From: an uncultured delta proteobacterium | GTDB lineage: Bacteria > Desulfobacterota > Desulfobacteria > Desulfobacterales > JAFDCJ01 | Length of the DNA: 64,000 nucleotides | Assembly (NCBI GenBank): GCA_963769935.1 | Contig: CAVYNY010000008.1 | Coordinates: 128,001-192,000 of the forward strand | Direction: 5' to 3' | In this document: positions 40,869 through 52,145 of the stretch, piece by piece | Position numbering within the stretch: position 1 is the stretch's first letter | Layout of the letters: every line of letters starts with the position of its first letter | Made by a program: the position numbers and the translations under genes | Notes under the pieces: generated by a model | Databases searched by the model: none | What the model was told of the DNA's origin: nothing | Seen by the model: the letters and a program-made list of their open reading frames with translations, nothing else

Positions 40869-41809
40869 ACCATGGAGGTTTCTTTTTCCTTGGTCCGGAG
40901 TGCTACTTTTAGTTCGGTAATGCATAAATCTGTATCCTCGTAATCAAAAAATTTCTGATCAACCTCAAACCCGCTTCTCTTTGCATCCAATGCAACTAAA
41001 TCCTGCTGAACCATTTTGCGACATAACTCAAAACCTGATCTTTCAAACAATTTGTAATAATCACTTGCTCGTAATCGATTGCAAAATGCGAATTCATTGC
41101 CCGCGATACTATCCCATTGCTTTTCTGAGTACCGCAAAAAATTGATTCTTAATAACCTGCTATCCTGGTGCTGGAAATGGTCACTTAAATCTATAAAGTG
41201 AATTGCGATTCCATTTCTTTTGATAATCCGTTTAGTTTCACACAAAATACGCATTATTTCTCTTCTTGGAATATGCTCAAAGACAGTAGCCGAAATATGG
41301 TAACCGACAATAGAATCCTCCAAACTAGTACTTCCTGCATCTGCCGGTGCCAGGTATTTGATTTTAGCTTCGTCCAGAAAGTCTTTTGGGTGGTCCTTTA
41401 GCCGTTCCAGCATTAGCATTCGCTCAGCAATTTCCGATTTCCGTACAATATCATTGTAAAGATTGGATATTTGATCCTTATTTTCAGACATCCAATAAAG
41501 AGATTGTTTTAATATTTCGAAATCAAGCCTTCTGTTAAGATCGACGGTTATAACCTTCTCCGCACCGCTTAAAAAGAACCCGATGGGAGCAATTGGGCAG
41601 TGCCCTGTGCCAACTTCAAAAATCGTTTCTCCTTCAACGTTTCCTCCCATGTCAATGATCCAGCGTAACATATCAGTCTGTGTGGATAGCCGCATCATAG
41701 GATTAGCCTTTAGGCGCCCGAAACTCTTTTGTATATGTCGATAGATCCGGTCCCCAAATGGCATCAAAGAGCATGCTTTCATAATTTTGGATTTTATTTT
41801 CCAGTTCAT
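40865..41809 (-). CDS. Class I SAM-dependent methyltransferase
   Basis: FEVGTG, VFEHIP, HFIDLSDH, NRLR. Confidence 0.8.
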   Translation of the reverse strand: MNWKIKSKIMKACSLMPFGDRIYRHIQKSFGRLKANPMMRLSTQTDMLRWIIDMGGNVEGETIFEVGTGHCPIAPIGFFLSGAEKVITVDLNRRLDFEILKQSLYWMSENKDQISNLYNDIVRKSEIAERMLMLERLKDHPKDFLDEAKIKYLAPADAGSTSLEDSIVGYHISATVFEHIPRREIMRILCETKRIIKRNGIAIHFIDLSDHFQHQDSRLLRINFLRYSEKQWDSIAGNEFAFCNRLRASDYYKLFERSGFELCRKMVQQDLVALDAKRSGFEVDQKFFDYEDTDLCITELKVALRTKEKETSMV

Positions 41810-42934
41810 AACGAGTTCATCTGCAATATTTTATTGTAAAACCGAATAAGTTTTATTTCTTCATATTCCCAATTATAATTGCACTCAACTGCCCGGCGAC
41901 CATTTTTACCCATTCGTTCGGCCTCAACCGGATGCTCTATGAACCAGGAGATTGCCCGTGCAATTTCATCTGGATTAAGTGGGTCAACACATATTCCACA
42001 TTGAGCCCCTTCGATAATCTCTCGCCATAGTGGAAAATTGGATGCTATAACTGGAATCCCTGATGACATGTATTCGAACATTTTATTGGGTTGTGAATCT
42101 ACATGATTCGGTTCGGGGTGAAAAAGTACCAGTCCTGCCATTGATTCCGCCATTACAGTTCTGACAGAGTCCCGATTTATGAAACCAAGTGATTTTACTT
42201 GCCCCCATCCCTTTATCTGCATTAGTTTTTTTTCAATACCGCTCTCCATGTCCCCGGCCATCACCAAACCGTATGTGGTTTTCCCAATCGCTTCAACCAT
42301 TTCTGCAGCGCTTCGAAAACCAGCAATACCCCCAATGTAACAAACTATATTGTCTTTTTTTCCCCACTCAGAATCTGGAACGTGCAACTCAGAGAGAATA
42401 GGGTAATTATTAATGTTTTCTGAGCTTACGCCGAGATTTAAAAATCGTTTTTTTATATAAGGTGTGGCGCTTATCACTCCATCAAAGTACTTTACAAATT
42501 TCTTCTCAATAATTTCAACCATGATCGATACCGGCTTTCGAATAATTGAGGGCAAATAACTTTTTGATAATAGGTCTCGCGGTACATCCTCATGAACATC
42601 GTAAATAACCCGCTTTCCCATTAATTTAAGTAATATGCCAACCAAAATAAGCTCTGGATCATGAAAGTGGTAAATATCAGCGCCATTCCCATAGAGCTTT
42701 TTTAAAGGCAGACAATGCTGTAATTGTCATTCTTTCAATTCTATTCTTAGGTTTTGCAACCCGGAGTATTGCGATTCCATCCACCGTCTCATCTTTATCA
42801 TGCTGAGCGACAAGAGCTACTTGAAAACCCGCCTTTGAAGAGCGACTTCGCTTCCTTTCGAAAGATACGGGTATCAAACGGTATGTGCACTGTTGTAATA
42901 AAGCAGGCTTTTTTGTGCCTTTTTCATTTTGCAT
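41806..42934 (-). CDS. GT4 family glycosyltransferase (several frameshifts in the 5' part; start approximate)
   Basis: VHIPFDTRIF, YHFHDPEL, IYDVHED and PNKMFEYM..GIPVIAS occur across frames. Confidence 0.82.
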
Positions 42935-44142
42935 TTTCCACACAGTCTCATATAGCTTGAAAGCATTTTTCTTTCCATAACCTCCCAAGAATATTTTTCA
43001 CGTATTGCTCGCTGTCCGTTTTTCCTCATTCCGATCATTTTCGTTCCTTGTTTTTCAAAAGTGTATCAATGGCTTCCACTATCGATTCACACTTTGATCG
43101 CTAAATGAGAATTCCACATTCCTCTTCTAAAATTATTTTTCTCATTTCCGGGAAATCGACACTTAAAACCGGTAAACCGGCGTTCATGTAGTTAAAATAA
43201 TTTATTCGGTGGCCCAGCTAAATCTATTATTTATAGTATCTCTAAAGAGTATTAAACCCTACATGGCATTCTTTTATCGTCTCATTGATTTTTTCATAAG
43301 GAAGCCATCCTGTTATTGTAATTGAATTATCGAGTTTTTTAGCCTCAATTTCTTTGTTAAGCCATCTGCGCTCCTCTCCGAACACATCCCCAACGATGCG
43401 AAGTCTGACTTTATCCCGCAAGCAATTTATAGCCGCTACCATTTCTTTTAACCCCTGATTAAAAGGCAATGATCCTTCATGACATAACAATAAGTTTATC
43501 TTCCTTTGTAGGCCAATTTATATTCTCAGTCTGTGGAAATAGTTTCAATCGAGGTCCGTTATACAGAACATCGACTTTCATTTTAAATGATAAGGTAAGT
43601 GCATAGCCCCTAACGATAGAGTTTGCAGTGAAGATTTGGTCAACCCATTTCATTGATATTTTATTCAATAGAATATGCAGCAAAAGAATGAGCCATTTTA
43701 AAAATCTGGGGCTAATGTCGGCGGGACCTCCAGGAGGATATTCATGCATGTCATGAACAATAAACGCTTTAAGACCATCTTTTGCCAGTAAATGTTTCGT
43801 GCGTACAGCTATTGCAAGAGAGAGATCAGGTTCGTGAACGTGGTATACGTCTGCTTTCAAGTCATAGGCAATCTTGCTGACTTCCAAAAAAGTTTTAAAC
43901 TTACCATACAACCCGCTCCTCTTAGGAAGTCCTATAACATTGAAACCCATATGTGTACATTTGCCATCGGGTGAATTCCCAGCAACAATGACGCTTCCGT
44001 CACTACGTACATATTCGAAACGTTCATTGCAAGATAGAAGGATTAAAACTTCATGACCTGCGTTTAAAAGACTTAAAGCCTCTTTATGCACAACACGTGC
44101 ATCATCCAAGCTGTGTCTGGTCGCAATCATACAAATTTTCAA
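42925..44142 (-). CDS. GT4 family glycosyltransferase (several frameshifts; end approximate)
   Basis: HSLDDARVVHKEA, YHVHEPD, HDMHE, GWLPYE and PPNK..NYMNAGLPV occur across frames. Confidence 0.78.
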
Positions 44143-44200
44143 TTCTGAGTCCTAAGGTTGTGGTTCACATATGTCTATCTATAATCTATAGGAATGCCGT

Positions 44201-45503
44201 TCACAAATTACAATTCTCAACTTGCTGCATTTTCTTCTCCCTTTTTATATTAAAAACGGTGTCTATAGCAAAATAATATACAACGGCGGAGGTAATGCAG
44301 AATAGTACAAATATGACTTCAAAAACTGCCTGTATACTGGTACTGGCGTACCCTATCATATTGGGTATGATCAAAACATAGAAGGTCAAAAAAAGAGAAT
44401 TCTTTGGCAATCGCCTGAACATGAATTGAAACAATAGCAGTTGAAAGAACATTAATGTTACGATAAGCAAGAAGCCTGCTATACCAAAGTTCGCATAACC
44501 TTGCGAAAATGATGGTGAAGAGTAATTTTCAAGTCTCTGCCGCAGCCAATATCCAAGAAACTGCGACAGATTAACGGGTTCAAACGGTAAAAGGTGTCCG
44601 GGATTGGCAAATGCTGTGCCGTAAAAAAAATCATGTTGATCGGGAAATATTTGTATCACATGAGCATGTGCCTTGGTTGCCGAGATACATATTCTGCTGT
44701 ACATATAGGAGGGGAAAAGCTTGAGCACATCTAAAAAGCTTCTATCCAACAGATAAAGTCTAAGCATCCCGATTATCGTGCCTGTACCAATAATGATATA
44801 TCCAATTACCTTTCTAAATTTAAATGAATCACTTTGAAGAAAAAGTTTTATCAAAATTATATACAATACTAATATAGGCAAAAGGAGCTTTGTGTAACGT
44901 TAAAGATGAAAAAAATAGAACCGGCAACAAATTTAAATAGAAAACAAGCCTATTTCTGTTGCAGCAATTTAAGCTTTTCATAATATAGGTATAAACGAAA
45001 ATGAAGGCTGGAATTGTTGAAAAGGCAAACCAATACCAATGCCCTCCTTCTTGCAAATTCGTCGATTTTTGTGCTCGAATAGCGTAAATATCGTTATAGT
45101 TGAATAGGTTGATATGAAAAACAGCGGGTAATCCATGCCGCTGTGTGTATATATATAGCATATAAAAAGAGTATAACCAAAGTAGAGCAATTAGAGGAGA
45201 AAGATCATCTGCATGTGTTAATTGAATAGTAGACCAATCAATATGCAGTTTCTTTTTAAAACTGAACAGAACTGCATAAAAAAAATAAAATAGGACTAAA
45301 ATTAGCAGCAACGACCAGTAATACGTGTAACTAAAAAGTTTTATATCTTTAATGACTTCAATAGATCCTATGATATTGAAAAAGTAAATACCAAGAAGAG
45401 CTACGAAGGGTGGTAAGCAATATAAATAATGCTGACGCATTAGGACAAGAATAATTAGTGGTAACGGCATTACAAGCAATGTTGAATAAAGAAGTATGGT
45501 CAT
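44201..45503 (-). CDS. Wzy-like polysaccharide polymerase (one frameshift near 44860)
   Basis: Two AT-rich multi-TM ORFs that join; GYANFGIAG motif; located inside the glycan cluster. Confidence 0.65.
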
Positions 45504-45620
45504 TCAAGCCCCTTAACTCAATGATGCATTTTTCTTTTTTGTCGGTAAATCAAATTGTTTATGGCGACAAGAAAGCAATTAACCAAACCTATGATGTCCA
45601 TTTTGGTTCGATCCGCAACT

Positions 45621-46871
45621 TTATAGTCCTCTGTGTTCCGGTTTGATAAAATTCAATATCGTTGCAAGCGAATTAAACATCCATGCCTGTCCCCAACGAA
45701 TGTAGGGAATGTCAATTGTTATATCGAACCCTAACAGCTTTCTTTTTTTCGAGGCGAAATAGCCATTTTCCGAACTATTAATCACCCAGAGATCTGAAAT
45801 GGCGGATAAAATTTTCTTTATGCGATGAAAGAACAATTCTTTCGCTAAAACATCTGCTTCAAACATTCTAGCTGTGCACAACAAGCTTTCAGCGCAACTA
45901 TGTACCTCTACAACATCAAACTGCTTCCTAATAAAACATGGGACTCCATCTTCGGAAAAAAAATCTCTTAGCCACGTATTGAAGTAATTATCAGCAGCTT
46001 TTCGATACTTCAAAGTGCCTGTAAGGATGGCAATACTGTTAAGCGCACGGATTTCAAACCCACTGTGGTAGGTGTCCTGATGAAGATCTCTCGACTGTTC
46101 ATTGGACCAATAGTTTAGCGTACCGTCTTCACGAATCTCCGATAGTGAAAAATCACCAGCCGACATGCCAGTTTCAACCCAAGCATCACGCTTTATTTCT
46201 TTTCCGATACGTATTAAAAATTCTGCCGCAAACAGGTTGGCGTTATGCACTTGAAATTTATCAAGCGGTGTATATGAAAAGCAGAAGGTTCCATCACTTT
46301 TATGGCCGCTCCTATTAAGCCCCTCCAGAATAAATTTACAGATATTTTCGCATTGAGAAAGAGCCTCCTCATCACCATGATACTTATATTTAAGCCAATA
46401 AGCGTCTCCAATGATTGTAGAGTTAACCACTGTCGGTGTATTTCTCGGAATCAGGACCCTTGTTCTCCAATTAAACGGATATCCCCAGCCACACCCACCA
46501 TATCGAACAACTTTGTGATCATTTAGCCAACGAAAGCATGGATTGTAACCCGATTCTTTTTTAATCGTGCGATTCTTTGCATCCACTCTCTCCAATATTA
46601 GGAAACCGGCTGCAAAAAGCCCCATTGCTTTTGCGTTGACGCATTTCTTTACCTTGAGCACCCTTCGTAATGCAATTGGAAATAAATCATTAGAACGCGA
46701 TACCAAGTAGTTGGCAACACGCTGAGCAAAATTATCCCGTTCCGCAATCCATAAACCAATTTGATTATCCCAAATATCATACGGATCCCAGCCGGCCCAT
46801 CCGTTTATCTCAAGCCAGCAAACCAAATGACTAATATAGCTATAAATAATTTCTTTTGTTGAATAAGTCAA
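45621..46871 (-). CDS. Conserved glycan-cluster protein, probable (alpha/alpha)-barrel fold
   Basis: GWDPYD, WGYPFNW, FSYTP...VHNANL, DTYHSGF, PYIRWGQAWM; function unknown. Confidence 0.65.
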   Translation of the reverse strand: MTYSTKEIIYSYISHLVCWLEINGWAGWDPYDIWDNQIGLWIAERDNFAQRVANYLVSRSNDLFPIALRRVLKVKKCVNAKAMGLFAAGFLILERVDAKNRTIKKESGYNPCFRWLNDHKVVRYGGCGWGYPFNWRTRVLIPRNTPTVVNSTIIGDAYWLKYKYHGDEEALSQCENICKFILEGLNRSGHKSDGTFCFSYTPLDKFQVHNANLFAAEFLIRIGKEIKRDAWVETGMSAGDFSLSEIREDGTLNYWSNEQSRDLHQDTYHSGFEIRALNSIAILTGTLKYRKAADNYFNTWLRDFFSEDGVPCFIRKQFDVVEVHSCAESLLCTARMFEADVLAKELFFHRIKKILSAISDLWVINSSENGYFASKKRKLLGFDITIDIPYIRWGQAWMFNSLATILNFIKPEHRGL

Positions 46872-46916
46872 TATTCGCTAAACTCGTGCAATCAGTTCAA
46901 AATATATTTCACATCT

Positions 46917-47873
46917 TTAACATGCAAAAATCTTTCTGAGCACCTGTAGTGCAGAATATTCTTTATAGCGCAACCCGATCCAATCATTGCCGATATGTTG
47001 ATCCTGCAGTTGTGAATGAATCTTGGCGAACTCTCGGAGGGTTACATATCTCACCTGTTCAAACTCTTTTGTCATATCAAGAAAAGTCTCTAATCGTTTC
47101 AATACCTCAACATTCGGAACAACGTCAGGCAGTTTGTCGATATGGATAAGGGAATAGCTATGCATGAACAGATTCATCACTTTGATACCAGACCGGATAG
47201 CATAATTTACAAACCACAACAGATCTTCTGTGGAGCAATCATGCAAGTCTGTTTTTACAAAATGCTTTCTTAGCTTAAATCGAAAATTTCCAATTTTGAG
47301 CCGGTCTACGCGATAAAATCCTGTTACAGGGATCTCCAATATCCCGTCCTTTTCTACAACCTGATTATATGACCACCATACTTTGCAATTCTTGTGCTCG
47401 GCGTACATGCTGGAATCGATGCATATACCTGTCTTCTGTAAAGCTGTCAAGGTATCCTCATTTATGCCATAGGCGCCAGCTCTGTGGCTTACAGGAGATC
47501 GACCGGTCCACCTTTTTATGTCATCAATCAGTTCACAAAGCACTTTCTGCTGTTCGCTCTGGGTAAGCTGCCACATATGAATTTTTCCATTTGAAACCAT
47601 CCACTCTGGATGTGAATGAACCGCAACTTCATGACCTGCAGCATCTAAATATTGAGCTAATTTCTTATAAGCAGTAAAACTAAAGCGTTGTTTTTCGCTT
47701 GACGCAAGGAAAAAAACCGCTTTTATATTATATTTCAGAAATATGCTTGAAAGCCGTGATGGTCCCCACCTTTGGCCGCCGAATTCAGGTTCAATCAGAT
47801 TTTCTTTAACAACTCCGTTTCGCAACAATGTCTGTGGATTCTCTGTATCAATCGTTGGTATTATGTATAGCAC
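46917..47873 (-). CDS. Polysaccharide deacetylase-family protein
   Basis: TIDTE, GHEVAVHSHP, SHRAGAY, IDSS, LEIPVT, FMHSYS. Confidence 0.8.
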   Translation of the reverse strand: MLYIIPTIDTENPQTLLRNGVVKENLIEPEFGGQRWGPSRLSSIFLKYNIKAVFFLASSEKQRFSFTAYKKLAQYLDAAGHEVAVHSHPEWMVSNGKIHMWQLTQSEQQKVLCELIDDIKRWTGRSPVSHRAGAYGINEDTLTALQKTGICIDSSMYAEHKNCKVWWSYNQVVEKDGILEIPVTGFYRVDRLKIGNFRFKLRKHFVKTDLHDCSTEDLLWFVNYAIRSGIKVMNLFMHSYSLIHIDKLPDVVPNVEVLKRLETFLDMTKEFEQVRYVTLREFAKIHSQLQDQHIGNDWIGLRYKEYSALQVLRKIFAC

Positions 47874-47881
47874 AGGTAAAC

Positions 47882-48727
47882 CTAATTTTTTCTGCAGAGA
47901 ACCACAATCCCGGTTTTAGTCTTCTCCGGGAAGAAGGTCTTGCCGATAAGATTTGCCAGAATGACGGGAAATTTAAGTTTCAGCAGATATTTAGAGATTG
48001 TACTAATGAACATGAGGGGAAATCTCAAAGCAAGGCAAAATCCACGATGAAAGAAAAGATCATAAATTAAGCCTTTAGGTCTGCTGCTATTGCCTAAATC
48101 TCCCTGTAACACCTTTTGATTATGCTGATTCCAACGGATTACCCTCATTAACTGTTTTTCAAACAAGTAATAAAAATGTGCTCGATGATATATTATATCA
48201 ATAGGTTCAAAGGATTTGTCTATGTAGCCGAGTAATTCATCTTCGCTAAAATATCTGCCATCACCTCCAATTACACCGGAAATACAAAGAGTGCCACCAC
48301 TAACCAAAACTCGGCTAATCTCGTTGATCGCATTTTTTCTGCCTGCTCTGTCAAGATAATAAATTACTTCTAAGGCGAAAACACAATCAAAATGTTCGGA
48401 TTTATAAGGGAGCGAAGGAAGTGCGCTCTGTAGAAAAAAAGCTTCCCGAACTTGTGAATTTGCGTGTTTGACTGCAAAAAAAGAAATATCTGTCCCATGT
48501 AGGAACTTTACTTCAAAGTTCGTTAGAATCTGCTGCATGAATATTCCAATACCACAGCCTATATCCAAAACCCTCAAGAATTCTCTCAAGTGATTCATTA
48601 CAAGATCACTTATCTGTTGCAGACGGACTGCCTGCGATCCTCTCAAACCTATGCTCCAACCGTCAACACCGGTTTCATGAACTTGTCCAAATTGGGAATC
48701 AAACCATTCCTTCGTTCCCCATCTCAT
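47882..48727 (-). CDS. Class I SAM-dependent methyltransferase
   Basis: VLDIGCGIG, LPY..EHFD, EVIYY, RVLVSGG. Confidence 0.82.
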   Translation of the reverse strand: MRWGTKEWFDSQFGQVHETGVDGWSIGLRGSQAVRLQQISDLVMNHLREFLRVLDIGCGIGIFMQQILTNFEVKFLHGTDISFFAVKHANSQVREAFFLQSALPSLPYKSEHFDCVFALEVIYYLDRAGRKNAINEISRVLVSGGTLCISGVIGGDGRYFSEDELLGYIDKSFEPIDIIYHRAHFYYLFEKQLMRVIRWNQHNQKVLQGDLGNSSRPKGLIYDLFFHRGFCLALRFPLMFISTISKYLLKLKFPVILANLIGKTFFPEKTKTGIVVLCRKN

Positions 48728-49713
48728 TTGAACACCTGCTTTATAAATTTTCGAAGAAGGTAACGTGGGTAAATTAAAAATTGATAACTGCAATAAACCT
48801 TGCAGAAAAATAACAGGTCACTAAAAGGAATACGTTGGTGAAGATTCAGATGTTTTCTCTTCACCACACCTGCAATTCTATCATTAAGCTTTGATTTATT
48901 TCCTACCCCGGAATATCCGCAATAGATGTTCAAATAACAACAATTCCCAAGTCTTAATAACTTTAGAATTTGTTCCAATATCTCTTGCTGTTGCTCTATA
49001 CGTTTGATGGTCGCCACCTTTACTCCACAAAAAAAGGGTTGTGGTGGCCGGAAACCATATGTATCCTGTGTTTCAAGTACCAGATCTGAGCATTCCATTG
49101 CATTCTTCATTACCTTGTCAAGAACGCTATGGGTTTTTGGTTTACCCCTGATTGGGAACATTAGCATGTAGTATATCCATTGCCAAAAAATCCAGTAACT
49201 GTGACTCGGAACCACAAAAACGAACTGTCCTTCGGGCCTCAGGCATTCCTTGATTTGCCGTGCCAAAACGACAGGGTCTGCAACATGCTCAAACACACAA
49301 TTGTTTATGACAAGATCATAATTTCTTTTTCGATACCAGTGTTCACTGCTATCGAGAAATACATTACTTAAGCCTTTGGAACTCAGTCGTTCCCTTATTA
49401 TCTCAACCGTGGATTCAGAAAGTTCGACACCCACAAATTGCTTTGTATTATGCCTGCTGGCAAAATGCTCCAAGTCATGGCCTAAACCCATGCCAACGTC
49501 GCAGATTAAGGCACCCTCGGGGTACCCTTCTATAACTTCATCAACGATGTTATGATACACGCTCCGAAAATAATTGAATAAACTGCTGTAGGCCAATGCC
49601 TGGGCTTTTGAGCAGCCTATGCGAGTAAGACCTGTTTCATAATGCTGACGATTTTTGATATAGAAATCTACCATATCATCGTCCGACTGCATAAGTTCTC
49701 TTCCCTCTTTCAT
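48724..49713 (-). CDS. Class I SAM-dependent methyltransferase
   Basis: ICDVGMGLG, VFEHVADP, LRPEGQFVFVVP. Confidence 0.8.
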   Translation of the reverse strand: MKEGRELMQSDDDMVDFYIKNRQHYETGLTRIGCSKAQALAYSSLFNYFRSVYHNIVDEVIEGYPEGALICDVGMGLGHDLEHFASRHNTKQFVGVELSESTVEIIRERLSSKGLSNVFLDSSEHWYRKRNYDLVINNCVFEHVADPVVLARQIKECLRPEGQFVFVVPSHSYWIFWQWIYYMLMFPIRGKPKTHSVLDKVMKNAMECSDLVLETQDTYGFRPPQPFFCGVKVATIKRIEQQQEILEQILKLLRLGNCCYLNIYCGYSGVGNKSKLNDRIAGVVKRKHLNLHQRIPFSDLLFFCKVYCSYQFLIYPRYLLRKFIKQVFK

Positions 49714-50959
49714 CTAAGCAAAAAATTCCTTTCCTGGACAAAACATATCTGTAAAAAGAATAAATCATCAGAAAGTAGGTTATATTTGATACCACATATG
49801 TATATGCTGCTCCATCCGCTCCGAGCCTAGGAATCAAAACAAGGCATGAAATAACACTGGTTATGCTCATGATTAAAGAAGAGTATAGGACGAATTTGCC
49901 AAAGGAGTTGGCATTCATAAATGCGTCTGGAAGTTGATAAAGCCCATTAAAAAAGCCGCCTATTATCATTATCTTTACTAGCTTAGCGGCCTGCTGATAC
50001 TCCTTCCCAAATAGGGCGACCACAATATAATCGATGAACAGCAAGACGCACAATGACTCCAATAACAAAATGGATAAATTAGCCAAGGATATTTTAATAC
50101 TAATGCGGTTCTGTCCTGCAAACCCTCTGAAAAACCGCAACGCAATATTTTGGCTGATTAGGACAACAGGCGCTATAATCATTGAAGCCACTTTATAATA
50201 GGACAGCTCAGACACAACAACAAACAATGGAATCAGCATGCTCGCTAACTGCTGTGAGGCATTAGCGGTGATGTATGAGCTGTATATCCGTAGACCGTAT
50301 TCCAGGTTCCTTCTGAGGATTAGCCGGAAACTCTTCCGCAAGTGTGTAAACCTCGGCTCCAAGCTATAGCCCAATATAAGGATGGCCCCAAAAACCGACA
50401 ATAGCTGAGCACCAGAAAGCGCAGTAACCGAAAGCTCTGAAAAATAGTAAATGGTTCCGGTTAATATGACAAATAGAGTTGGAATGATAACACGAACTTT
50501 CGTGAGCAATGGAACATTGCTCAATCCCCTTCCGACCTGGACCATCAACTCACGACTAGGGAACAGAATCAATAAGGGCCATATGCACTTAATAATTTTC
50601 CCTACGCCTTGCCCAAACCAACTGTTAAAGTAATCCGAAAGGCTAAGAAAAATCGCGGAAAAAATTGCACCTAGGACAAGGGCAATGATAAAGATAGCGC
50701 CAAGCAATTCCTTTTGGACCTCAAACGAATCCTCTTCCGCGAGCAAAACCCCAATCGTTGAAAAGAATCCGAATCCCGAAAAGATACTAACGAATCCTAT
50801 GACTGTGAAGATAAGGGTGTATAATCCATATTGGGAGGGACCGAGGAGTCTCGCAATGAAGGTGTTGGTTCCAAAGCCCACAACCATCACGTACCCCTGA
50901 GCCGCCAATAGAGCGCCCACATCCCAAAAAGCTTTATGTCTAAAGAACTTTTTTATCAC
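49676..50959 (-). CDS. Wzx-type oligosaccharide flippase
   Basis: ARLLGPSQYGLY, many TMs, LFGKEY..A, LIPRLGADGAA. Confidence 0.85.
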   Translation of the reverse strand: MIKKFFRHKAFWDVGALLAAQGYVMVVGFGTNTFIARLLGPSQYGLYTLIFTVIGFVSIFSGFGFFSTIGVLLAEEDSFEVQKELLGAIFIIALVLGAIFSAIFLSLSDYFNSWFGQGVGKIIKCIWPLLILFPSRELMVQVGRGLSNVPLLTKVRVIIPTLFVILTGTIYYFSELSVTALSGAQLLSVFGAILILGYSLEPRFTHLRKSFRLILRRNLEYGLRIYSSYITANASQQLASMLIPLFVVVSELSYYKVASMIIAPVVLISQNIALRFFRGFAGQNRISIKISLANLSILLLESLCVLLFIDYIVVALFGKEYQQAAKLVKIMIIGGFFNGLYQLPDAFMNANSFGKFVLYSSLIMSITSVISCLVLIPRLGADGAAYTYVVSNITYFLMIYSFYRYVLSRKGIFCLDERGKRTYAVGR

Positions 50960-50962
50960 GCC

Positions 50963-51430
50963 TCAGAGATACGAGCTATCGCGAAGAGGAGCGCTGCTCA
51001 CGCCCGCAGAAAAAAACCATAATTGTTTCTTCCTGGGCATTCCAAACATAGTCAACTCTGAATTCTTGAACAAAACGCGTGTCATTTGCATCTTTTCATG
51101 CATAGCTCGCAGCAGCCGTTTCTTTATGAATGTGCTCAACACTTCTACCGTCACTATCAATGACAATGCCGGCTCCACTTCTTCGGATAGCATTTTCCAT
51201 CGGAGGATTTTCCCCACAAGTTCCGGGGCCAGAAGCCCAGGCTTTACGCCCGATTCATAGCTTCGCCACCGCAATTTCAAAAGCATCTTTCAGGCAGAGC
51301 CTACTGAAGCTGATCAGGCCCAGAGGGCCAGGCTTTCCAAAGTGCACTAAAAGCACTCCCCTACGGTTGGGTGATATTAAACATCCAAAGAGAGCAAAGC
51401 ACCAATCCGATTCCGAGCCAATTTAACAGC
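50963..51430 (-). pseudogene. Degraded 3' remnant, possibly of a GT4 glycosyltransferase, next to the IS nest
   Basis: An alternative frame reads NPPMENAIRRSGAGIVIDSD, resembling GT4 C-termini; many stops and shifts. Confidence 0.35.
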
Positions 51431-51576
51431 GTGAGTGCCGCGCCAGCAGACCCTTTAGGGTAACTCCCAAAACTCGATCAACCCAATTTTTTTCTGCCTT
51501 ACAGCCCCTCGCTTGACCTTTTTACCTACCTTATATGATAATACCCGCAAAATTAGAGTTTTTTTCCAGGTAATTC

Positions 51577-51675
51577 GAGACCTTTGAATTTCTCACTTTT
51601 TCCATATTTGGACATAACAATAACAGTAGGTTACAAGCCTCAATAGTTCAAAATTGGCAGTTATTCAAAGGTCTC
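51577..51675. mobile_element. 99-bp MITE with IS5(IS1106)-like ends
   Basis: Perfect 13-bp TIR GAGACCTTTGAAT / ATTCAAAGGTCTC, flanked by the direct repeat AATTC (51572-51576, 51676-51680). Confidence 0.8.
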
Positions 51676-51742
51676 AATTCATTTATTTATTGACTTACTG
51701 ACCCATATATGTTAACCATCTCTAAACCCAAAGGACAGCGCC

Positions 51743-52081
51743 ATGGAATTCAAAGAGTGGGCCAAGCTTCAAGAATCACTATTAAAAGCGCAATTAAGAA
51801 TTATCCGCCAATTCCTCAAAGACGGGGAGCAACCTAAATTCAAACCCCGCGGAAAAGGTAGGTCGCAGATGAGTATCATCTATGACCTACTGCTTGCCGC
51901 CCCAAAACCCCTGCATGTCACCGAGATCATCCAAAAGGCCAAAATAGATTTTAATGTCGATTTGGATCGCGACAGCATCGTTTCAGCCCTTTCTAAAAAA
52001 GTCAAAAGCGGACGGATGTTTAAAAGGGTTAAGGCCAATACCTTCACCATTGCCGACCACGAGAAAGAACTTAGCCCCTGA
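51743..52081 (+). CDS. Small winged-helix/HTH protein preceding a transposase remnant
   Basis: IYDLL..APKPLHVTEII..A...F.V.LDRDSIVSAL.KKV..G.MF.RV..NTF; AAGGA RBS. Confidence 0.7.
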   Translation: MEFKEWAKLQESLLKAQLRIIRQFLKDGEQPKFKPRGKGRSQMSIIYDLLLAAPKPLHVTEIIQKAKIDFNVDLDRDSIVSALSKKVKSGRMFKRVKANTFTIADHEKELSP

Positions 52082-52145
52082 ACCCCTCCGGGGCGTAGGC
52101 CCGATTGCCCCTACGGGCCGGAGGCTTCAAACCAGGAGCGGTGGC

